The position numbers and the translations under genes were made by a program. Below, piece after piece: positions 54,001-64,000 of a stretch of DNA of 64,000 bases. Position 1 is the first letter of the stretch, and every line of letters begins with the position of its first letter. The notes under the pieces were generated by a model that had not been told where the DNA came from, searched no databases, and saw only the letters and a list, made by a program, of their open reading frames with translations. The stretch is from Yuukianura sp. NJ FZ-2021 (lineage: Eukaryota): the NCBI GenBank assembly GCA_046563655.1, contig CM102285.1, forward strand, positions 2,728,001 through 2,792,000, given 5' to 3'.

Positions 54001-55810
54001 CTGAATGTTACCAACAGCATGTCGTTGGCAATCACTCTCACTTTATGATGACGACGGATGTGTGATAGTCTATGGACTATGCCAAAATTGGCACAAAAAA
54101 AATTGAAGCTGGCAGCATAAATGGTGGAGCAGAGCATCTTCAAAAATATAATTTCTGCCGGTTGCGGACTTCCTGTGCGATTACGAGGTTGGAGAATCTT
54201 CATAGTCTCTTAATACATCATCGTCATATCAAATTAAAAAAAAAACTTTTAAACTAAATTTTTTTTAACTTTAGTTTGTAGCTTGATGGAAGAAATGGTC
54301 AAGAGAAAGTGCAAAGTTAAATTTTTTGAAGAGAACTTGGAGCCTCCCGTGTCACTTTCAATCAACTCGTTCATCTATTATTTCCAAGTACCTAAATTCA
54401 AAAATTGGAATTCTGTTTTCAAAAAGTTTTCACTTTCAAAAAGTTAAAAACTGTTCTTATTAAAAGCAACTTTTTAGCACTGTTCTTGGCCAAAACTTTG
54501 TCAGTTTGATTGAAGTTGTTGATTAGGATCCACCTTCTTGCAATTCTCTCTGAATCGTCGGTGAAAACGAAATGTTTTCTTTATGTTATCGATTTTCGGA
54601 GCCACTTTGAATCGTCCCACGTTTCAAATTATTCAGGAAATGCCGGCTAGACTGTCCAAGGTCAAGCCAATAGTAATCTAACCTAAAAGCCTTACCTAAC
54701 ATAACATTTATAACATAACTTCAGTTCAATTCTAACATAAGTACATAATATCGGTCTACAAAACTGACATTTTTGCAAACAAAATGGTGAATTACATTAA
54801 TTTCAGCTTGACTAGCGTGGCACTTGAATGCTATAATTACGGAACGTCACCGGAATTGCGGTAAAACTCAAATTTTGACGGTACAGAACAAGCCGCAGAC
54901 CGGTTCAAGGTAAGTTTTCAAGTTCAGGGCAAAGCTGGACATGTCTTTGTTGGTGAAAAGGACTTTCACTGCTCTCCGTTTTCCTAAACCTAACCATACC
55001 ATTTTGTATGGAGCCTAAATTTGGAGTTTCCCTCAAACCGGGGAGGGTTGGAGGAAGGATCCTAGCTGAGTCTCCGCAGGCCCGCCTGGTGAGCCGCACA
55101 AAAAAAGTTTAATGATCATGATTTTCATTCACAAGTCCACGGAGGCTCCCTTTGTGTTGTACGAGTGTGTGCTCGCATGCGCACTCTCTTCCAAGTTTCC
55201 TTTGTGCTGTAACTTAACTTAGCCGTGGAAACTCCAAGCTGCTCGATACTCCAAGCTCGTATTCTGCCTTCCCCGGTCCCTAGCTCGCCTTTTACTCGGA
55301 GTTCGGAATGCAGGCGAAGCTTGCAGTCGAGCGCAAGCTCTGACTCACAAAAAATGCACCAGAGAAAGGTGGTTTCTCGCTTGTTCGGAGTTTTAGCTCA
55401 GGGAGAGTCTATGTCTCAATGGAGAAAGGGGGACTGTTGCGCCAAGGTCATTCCAGGGGGGCCCTGGCCCCTCCTGACCTGCACCCAGCTAGTCCCCTGA
55501 TCTGACTACCCCCGACCCGCCCCCACCCGCCGGGGTCACCTTGTAGGGCGGGCTAAGGTATGTTTAAAGTTACACCAAATCTTCCTCCCCTTTCTCTGGG
55601 CTAAATAGACTCTTCCACTCGGATGCAGCTGACTGGCGTACTCGCTTACTATGGTGGTACGCAACCGTAGTTTTTTCTACAACTATACAAAACGAGTTGA
55701 GTGTGTAAAAAGGACTTTTCCATCGCGAGCTGCTCACTCCACCACAATTCTCAGTCAGAAAACGAAAGAGTCAGTCTGCAGGAACGAGTAGGAGCGGGAG
55801 GTTTGATTGA

Positions 55811-55890
55811 TTCTCACTATTGTCCTAAGATTAACAACAAAGAAGTGTATCTCACTAGTGTCCTAAGATTTTGGTAACAAAGAGTAAGTG
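55811..55890. repeat. Imperfect direct repeat (2 copies)
   Basis: TCTCACTA(T/G)TGTCCTAAGATT...AACAAAGA occurs twice in tandem. Confidence 0.7.
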
Positions 55891-58343
55891 GAGGGTGTGG
55901 GACCAATAGTTGCTGGTTTACAAACGAGAACGGTCAAAGTACAAACTTCTACAAAAAATTGAAACGGTAATCTCAGGAGACTCAGTTTTAGGAACAAAAG
56001 TGACTACCATATTTTAAGTTGTTTTCAATTTTGTAGTCAAAAATTTTGAAAACCTTAGTTTTTTTAAATTTAGTTGCGATATTTCTCAAAATACAAATCA
56101 AAACCTACCGAGTTTGGAGAACGTGAGATCTTTACTGCCATTTTTTGAAAATCCCTTCTCAAACTTTAGTATTTTCTGTCGTTAGATTCTATTTGTCGTG
56201 GCTATTGCTTTAAGAATTTTTGTTATTGTGCTAAATATTTGGAAGCGGTAGTGTTTGAACTTAAGGACACGACCGAGAAAGTGAGTTTCTATAAATCTAT
56301 AGTTGACGAAGGGTATCGGACTTAGTCATTCGCCAACCATCGACCAGTCAACATCTAACTGTAACTACACCAGTCAACGACATCAGACTTACGAGGGTCG
56401 ACAAACCACAAGAGTCAACGGTATTTGAACATATTTGAACAATTACTTTGAGACAGTAGTCAGAGTTAATTTATACTTCGCAGTTAAGGAAAGTCAAATT
56501 AATTGAAATTAGTTATCTCTTTCCTCCTTCAAACCAACAATAGCTATAACTTTTAACTAGTGGTTTTACAATCCTAACTTTTTAAATCACAGTGGGAAGT
56601 TTTGTAAAAATTCACAATTTTTACAAAAACAAAATTTAATTAGAAAATTTTTTAAATAAACGTTGATGTTGTTAATTTCTCCTTACGATAACCTAACAGC
56701 AACGATATCTGGCAACGTAGCCATTTTTTCAAATTACATTTTTTTTAGAAAAGGGAGAAAATTGATAATTTTTAGAACAATAGCAGATATTTTTCTCGAA
56801 TGTTTGAAAAAAATGAATTCCAGTTTTCATGAAACTACCTTCCGAAAATTACGAAATCCCGCAAAAAAAAGAGAAAACTTTTCCAAGTTTTGGAATTTCA
56901 AAAAAGTAGTTCTCTCTTTGTCTACTCGGCAGCATCTCAACCAATGACACAATAGCAGTTGTTTCAAAATTTTGAAAATACGATTTCCAAAATTTTGAAA
57001 TGTATTAAGCTTTAAGCAGTCACTAATTAACACGGATTACGACTAGTGTTTGGAATGTTTCTTTTGACAACCTACATAAGTGTTTCACATAACTCAAAAA
57101 AATTAATTCCGAACCACAAGTCAAAACCGGGTCAATCAATCAAAAAACCGTAAGAATTCTCAGAACCTTAGTTAATTCTACACGCTTTTCCTCAAGGCGT
57201 GTCTATATTCCTGCTTTTAAAAATTTCGCAACATTTTGCACCGTAAGACAAAACGTACCAAAGCATATAAAAGTGTTTTTTTTTTTTTTTGAACAGAAAA
57301 TAGAAAATATAAAAGTTGTTTTTCAAATTATAAAAATGCAACAGGGTTGATGAATCATCAAAATAAGCTCCCTATTGTTGTTAATCGATCAAAACAATTT
57401 CATAACTTTTAATTTCCTATTGTTCTAAAAATTAATTGATTGGTTTCCATTAATCTGATTCTAAGCTAAGAGAAACATAGTTGACTAATTTATGGTACTA
57501 AAACGTAAGACGTATTTTTCCAAAAAAACGTGTCTAAATTTCCGAAATTTTTTCAAAACATTTCGTTTTTCGGTTACGGTCGTCGTTTTTACCATGTTGG
57601 GTATCGGATTTTGAGATGTATGACGTGGATCTTAAAAGATCATCACACAGCTCATCAGTCATTGGTTGACACGATGGCTCGACGAAAGTACCAAACCAGT
57701 TTTGTGTCACTCTGGCGTAAGTCGGCCCATTGTTAAGTCGAACCAGAGTTTCAAATTGATTGAATTTGCGATTCGGCTTTAGTTAGAGTGATGTGCGATA
57801 TGCATAACAGCATTTCCCAACTGTCATGTAAGCCTTATTTTGACTGGTGAGCTGACTTTTTGATCTGGATTTGGCCATGATACCACACGGTTCTTAGTTC
57901 GACTCACAAGTTTCACAGAGATCAAAAGTGGGGTCCATTGACCCCCGTATGGTTTCTGATTCGTAATCCGAGAGTAGAGTTGTGCTGGATTGTTACTCTT
58001 TTTCTGTTATTCAACTGTTATCTCACTTTTGGTCAGATCCAGGAAGACTCTGTGTCACCACCACCAGCAGGACTCGAATCAGAACTTAATTGGGCTCCTC
58101 ATCAAACCCTACGCGATTAACTCGACTCTGTTCAACTAATCAAGCGCACCACAGTACAGCTCTAACTTCCTCCGAGTCCACCCAAAAGTTAACCTAAAGT
58201 TAACCTAACCTAAAGTCCAGCAGTGGAGGCGACTTGACTCGAAGAGATCCACTTGAAGCACAGATCTGGTTCATCCTTTTGATCACACAACGCACTACCA
58301 TGCTCAACTGACATCTTGAACGCCACCCGCAGAGGGAGAAAAT

Positions 58344-58412
58344 ATGCTCAGATTCTTGACCCATAAGCTCAGAACACAGTCACTAAACGAAGAGCAAGAC
58401 GAAATTCAAAAG
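58344..58412 (+). CDS. Candidate first coding exon of an unidentified gene continuing beyond or sparsely through the window
   Basis: AATATG start, 23 codons MLRFLTHKLRTQSLNEEQDEIQK, then a strong phase-0 donor AAG|GTAAGA. No downstream exon was identified. Confidence 0.35.
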
Positions 58413-61400
58413 GTAAGAGAGACATTTTAGCTTTTAAAAAATAACTAAGATCTTTCCGCGCAAAACTGGATTCAAAATTGAAAATTCAGTTCAAATCCTG
58501 ACCTAAACTCATATCGGTTCAACTTCAAAAAAAGAGGAAAATTTAAGGAATTGCAAGTTCTGAAAATGTTCGGAGCCGAAATGGCGCGTTATTTCTTCAG
58601 AACGCAAAATGACGCGTTTTTTTCGGGGAGCTCTTTTTTTTTTTTTCAAAGTAAAAGATGCTGTCATTTGATGTGATCTCTGGCCTGTTAGGAACGACGA
58701 CATTCTTGGAGCGTGAGTCGGGTTATGGTTTGGCATCGAGAGCGGAGCGACTAAAAGGACTGTGATTGGATCTCGGTTGACTCTTGTGCGGAGGCTGTTT
58801 GGTTGAAGTAAGGCGCGCAGAGTTTAATAGTCAATTATCAAGTTCGTCAAGTGGCAAAGTGCCCATTGTTTCAAATTCTATTAAGTTGGAGGGAGAAGAT
58901 GGAAAAAGCTAATAGAAAACTGAATTGAGGTTCACTACTCCTCAGAGTCACACAGATTCAATTGTCCGTTTCATCTCGCAATGTTACCAAGGTACGGTCG
59001 TATGGGAGGCAACAAACAATTTCAAATGCTCCCGGGGAACGAGAGTTTCTGTGTGAGTGAGAAGCTCAGACCGACGTAGGCATTGTTAATAGCCCCTTAA
59101 CAACCTGAGACAGATCCTAATTGCACTTAAATTTTCAACAAACAGGAATTGTTTTCTGCAATTTTTTCGCCTTTTCAAATGAGTTTTACTGGCAGGAGAA
59201 AGGCATTTGGCCCTTTCACGCTTCCGAAAGTTTCCGATCCTTGTAAAAACAATTTTTTTCGGCAATGCCCATGCAGTTTGAAATTTCTTGCTGAGATTTG
59301 TGAAATTACAGCGAAACATTGAAGTTTTGCAAACAAGCTGTTCAGACTAAGTTTGCATCTAGAGAGGCGTTCAACCTTTGACCTTGGCCGATTCGTTTTG
59401 GTTTAAATGGCTGTTTTGTTAATTAGAAATTAAGAGTGGAATCAGTTGATTGTGATTGCGAGTGCCTCGGGCGGTAGTTAATTTGGCTGTGACCACTTGA
59501 ATATTGGACATTGTAGGGTATAGAACTGTTCCGTAGGTCTGTGCTGCCCTCCCCTTTACGTTAGGTTAGCCTAACTTTTGTTCTAACAATGTAAAATGCT
59601 TAAATTGCGTGTAACAATCTGTACAATTAGGCAGGGAGTAAATTATGGCTCATATTGGCCTCACTCTCTCTCCTTCCTTCTGCACTGTTTGCACAGCATA
59701 ATGAACTCTTCACAAGACAAGGCAAAACGTCCACGCCACACGTTTTTTTTACAACTGACATTTTAGTTTTCGTCGATTAGTGTCACTCGCCAATTTTTTC
59801 CAATTTGATTCGCGCTTCACAGGAATGCTTTACGTCTTCACTGGACATCGATTCAGACCTTGGGAGTCGTCCTAATCATAAAAACGTTTGACAAAAGTGT
59901 TTACAATTCTCGCTTTCTTTTTAGAATTAAGAAAATATTTTTATGGACAATATTTTTGCATTCTAAAGTATGTACACACTTATTTTTGTATTATAATATA
60001 TATAACAAGAATCTTGGCTGGCCTTGGGCCAGCCAAAGATTCTTGACTGTTGCGTACGTACCAGTTTGACGCACTAATTGCAAAAAAAAAACGATATCCC
60101 AATCGTTAAATTAACAAAAAGATCGACCAACCAAAATTGGGTACAATTAGTTAGTATTTAGTTTACTTCAACCCTTGAGTTTTATAAAAGGAGTAAATTG
60201 CGCACAGAGGGTGGATAGCAATCCGAGGAATCCGAAATCGACTTTTAGCCAGACCCTGAGGAAGAGGACACACGAACAGACGTCTTTAGGCATTTTCCCT
60301 TATGTAGAAGATGAATATTCAATATTTGTTAATATATTTTGTTAAGTTCAGAATTGGAGAATTAAGCTGAATAAATTTCAAGCGACTCCAGGTTGAGTAA
60401 AATCGAGTGAAAGTGGAGTGAGTAAAATGATTGCGTGAGTCTGTGTGGACTGTTGAATTTGAGAGTTGAGTAAAGGCGAAGCTGATAAAGGGCAAAGTAA
60501 CTTTTTCGCTTGTGCTCACGAAATAAGCTGAATTTGTAAGTTTGTGAGTAGAGAATATCCAAGGTTTCCTGTTACTCAACTTACGAGAGTAGTCTGAGTA
60601 ATAGCAGAACAATCGTTAGTCTTTCGCTTTAATTTGACCCTACACCTCTTGACTCTTGCGCTACATTTTACATGGATAATAATTAGTCCCCAATCTACTA
60701 TTACAAACAGTATTGAGGCGCACAACTCTCCCGAGTTCAACATTTTGCAACTTTCAATTAAAAACGATACAGGAGAGTCAAATTGGAAATTTTGAGGATG
60801 ATTTTACTCAAAGCATGACCTAATTCATCAATTTCCAGCTGCAAAATCTACAGAAAAAATGTTAAAAAGACTTTGAGTTGAAAAGTTCAGTTTTAGGAAA
60901 CATGTGGAGCAAGAGGTCAATGACCTCATAACTTCAACTCTGCATCTAATCAGTAATTATGCACAGCCAATGAGTCGGACCATCAGCACAGCTTTTGAGC
61001 TCAATTTTACAACTCTGAGCCTAGTTTTTTTAAAAGTTGGAGCTAAAAAATCCACTTGAAAAAATATAATGTATAAAAAAAGTTAGTGACGCTCGTTCAA
61101 AATCCACTTGTGACTTGTAGTACTGAGATTAGGCCTCCAAAAAGTTATTTTTGCAATGCACTTTGTATGACCTTGCAACGTGTTAAACTATGCAGTTTTT
61201 GTGCAACAGGCGAACGATGTGATGAGTTGCACGTTTCCAGTTACTGCTAACATTGTTTTTCAGTTTTAGGAAACATACCAAAATTTCAAAACTTTTTAAT
61301 TCCACTTTATAGGGTTGTGTAGGTTGAAACATTTCTGTTTTTCAAAGTACAGATCGTTTATTAAAGTTGGAATTGAGAGTTGAGCAGTTGGTAATGTTAT

Positions 61401-64000
61401 GCTATGTAGGTTAGGTTGACAGGCGCGAGATTTGAAATGAGTTCATACCCTCCGATTCTCCTTGTCAAAAGTGTGAGATGGAGAATTAATTAGTCAAGTT
61501 CTAAATGTCTTTTGCTTTTTGCTGAAGACGAGGGATGAGATTTTGTATTTGTGAAACTAACCAACCAATGTTAACTATTTCAAATGATCCATAAGTGCAG
61601 GCTGACTGACAGGCAGATGGATTCTCATTCTCAAGTTTCTATTTTTTTTAAGTTTAAAAAAATTCAAGCACTTTATGCCTTTCAAAATCTACGGGATCAT
61701 TTCATCATTGAAATTAGGATTATACTTTAGTTTTTAAAGTTACAAGAGCTATGGGCGCGATTTTGATTTTGAAACGTTGAAATTTCACTAAAGGTGTTAG
61801 GTTAGATTACTTTCTTGGGGGCGGGGTGTGCAAAAGTGGGTGGGGAGTGAATGACAATATAGATGGCAGAGGGATGGGGGGAAATGTGGTTCATTTTGAC
61901 ATTTCGTTAGGTTAGGTTTAGTTTAGCCTAAAGGAGGGCAGGAGAGTAATGGGAATGGAAGTGACACTGAGGTCATTCCCATTTGGATTCCATTTCCTTC
62001 TGGGATCGACGACTGGCACAAACATGTGAGTTGGTTGACCTACATGGGAGTTATGGGGGGAGAGGTGTTTCACAAACACATTCGATAGGTTTAAAAACTT
62101 CTACGAGGATCAATCTTCCGCGTAAGATGAAAGAGGGATTCGAGGAGCGCGGGAGATCAAAATCAAAAATGGAGTTCAAACTATACCTCTAAGATGCTTG
62201 GAGGATGCGGAATTGGGCAAAAGTGGGGCATCGTGAGAAAATTGTGTACTTTTAGGGTGGGGTTAAACAGAGTTGTAAAGTTCAAGGATGACCAAAAACT
62301 TTTGATCAGTCTTGTACTTTTTTTTTGTAGTACCCACTGCGTAGCGACTTGCAAGTTAAAATATTTCCGCGTAGCGATGACTTACTTAGCAACAGTCTAA
62401 AAGTGTAGTTGTAGTTAGACTTTTTATAATTTAAGCACAAATATACAAAATTTAGGATAGGAAGGTATAGGTTAAGTATAATTAAGTACAAGTAGGTGCC
62501 CTTTACAGTGAATAAGTCATTTTTCGGAGCCTGTTAGTTAGCATGTGTTTTGAAGGGGCAGCTCCAAGGTACACTTGAAGGGACCTGAAATGTTATGTTT
62601 ACCCTTACTTTTGAAGTTAATTTCATCGTATGCCACTTTTTGCAAAAATGCTGCTCTGATGATGTAAGTCGATGCTGAAACGTGATCCGTCTGTTTACGT
62701 TTTCTAGAAATGTTGACGAGGGACGTAAGAGTAGTTCTCGTGTATTATTTCCCAAATGAGATGCGCGGACAAAAGGGAAAAAAAATCTTTTTGCTTTTCG
62801 TGCTAAACATGTCCTAATGGATCCCTGTTTTCGGCATCCGAATTAATGCTCAACTGACATGTTTTCTCTCCTCCTGGAATCTTTTGTATCTTTGGTTACC
62901 AATTGTCTCTTCTTCTATTCTAGGAAACCCAGCCTATTCTAGCAAACAGAACAAGAGTAGAGTTGTAGGCTCGAAAGCACTTTGGGATTAATGCTTCAAC
63001 TCAAATATTTATACTGATCTTGAGAAATAAATAGGAAGGCATAGTTGTATTTAATGGAAATGAAAAAGAGGAGGACATCCCACACTCTTATACGACGACG
63101 GTGACAAAAAGGTTCTTTTTGTTTGTTCTTTTGTGTGTCTTTTTTATACTTTTCCAAGGAAAGTAAGACTCATTTTCAAAAAATGAAAAAAAAAAAAAAT
63201 ACAGAGATTTTGGGGTTTCCAAACTAGTCATCTCATCATCGTTTTAAATCCGGCTCCCTCCGGGGTAGTATCTTCTGAATAATGAAAAATTATTGCCGAT
63301 CTCTGCATCTATTGTTGGGAAAACACAAGTGCTTAAGTGTCCCTTTGTTTCCCAGGGGCCAAGGGCTCCCTTTATATGTTCAGAAGGGTCCCCTCATACT
63401 TGTACGAAGGGTTCAACTTTTTAGCCTTGGCGTTTTTCTATTAATAAATCTTTTCCTGGTGGGTTTCGGGTTGTATGCTCTCTGTACTACTCAAACTCTA
63501 GCGGAAGCAGGGAATCGGTATTGCTAGGTTAACCTAATGGTTAGGTTTTAGATTTTAGGTTAGGATGTGAGGCTTGAATTAAGATGGAGCTGGGAAGTCT
63601 GTCCGATTAGGGTCTGATGTCCGTCAGAGACTCGGCGGAGTGAGAAATAAAGGAGATTGTGCGACTTCCATCCACTTCCACATGAAATGTCAAACAAGTT
63701 TGTGCTCAAAGTTCTTACGAAAGAAGAACATCCAAGGACAGTGTAGTATCACTTTGAGAAAAGATTTTGAAGTTTCCCAGAACAATTTCAAAAGTGGAGG
63801 CGGAGAGTTCGGTTGGTGGCGGGAGTTAAGGCAGTTTGGATACGTAGAATGGAGGGACAGCAGCAGTAGTCTCTGGAGTCTTCCTTGTAATTGCCTGTCG
63901 GAGAAGGAGACACTGCACGAGAACACCCGCGGCTTCAACTTACTTCCACTACTACATTTTCGATTTAAATCAGACGCATTTTTACCGATTTTAAACAAAA

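Noticed and set aside
55811-55890. CRISPR-like repeat
   Set aside because: Only two imperfect adjacent copies, no spacers or cas genes, and the context is eukaryotic.
59990-60312. Possible non-autonomous Helitron-like element; also GTCT/GTCC microsatellite patches at ~28625, 33506 and 45383
   Set aside because: Only a general resemblance; termini and the 3' hairpin could not be defined.
63525-63565. Telomere or interstitial telomeric array
   Set aside because: Only 2-3 broken TTAGG units, not an array.

Overview
Eukaryotic, intron-containing, AT-rich animal DNA. It is probably an arthropod; the gene families look like a non-insect hexapod such as a springtail, but that is inference only. 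The gene-dense left half (1-34 kb) holds an alpha-tubulin, an ABCG half-transporter with a degenerate nucleotide-binding site, a membrane-anchored EF-hand protein, and a birth-and-death cluster of ~385-410 aa multi-pass membrane genes. The cluster has GR/OR-like C-termini and three subfamilies: 6 intact-looking genes, 1 transposon-disrupted copy and several fragments. Two secreted lipocalin-like genes are interleaved with it and were co-duplicated in a ~4.5 kb tandem block. An 8-exon L-2-hydroxyglutarate dehydrogenase gene spans 34-45.7 kb. The last 18 kb is mostly non-coding and repeat-rich, with one candidate first coding exon. Many small DNA transposons can be defined by TIRs and TSDs: hAT-like, pogo-like, Tc1/mariner-like, piggyBac-like, Harbinger-like, and a CAAGG-ended family with 9-bp TSDs. 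There is also a tRNA-derived SINE. Exon models were built by eye from GT/AG sites and reading frame; no database searches were run.
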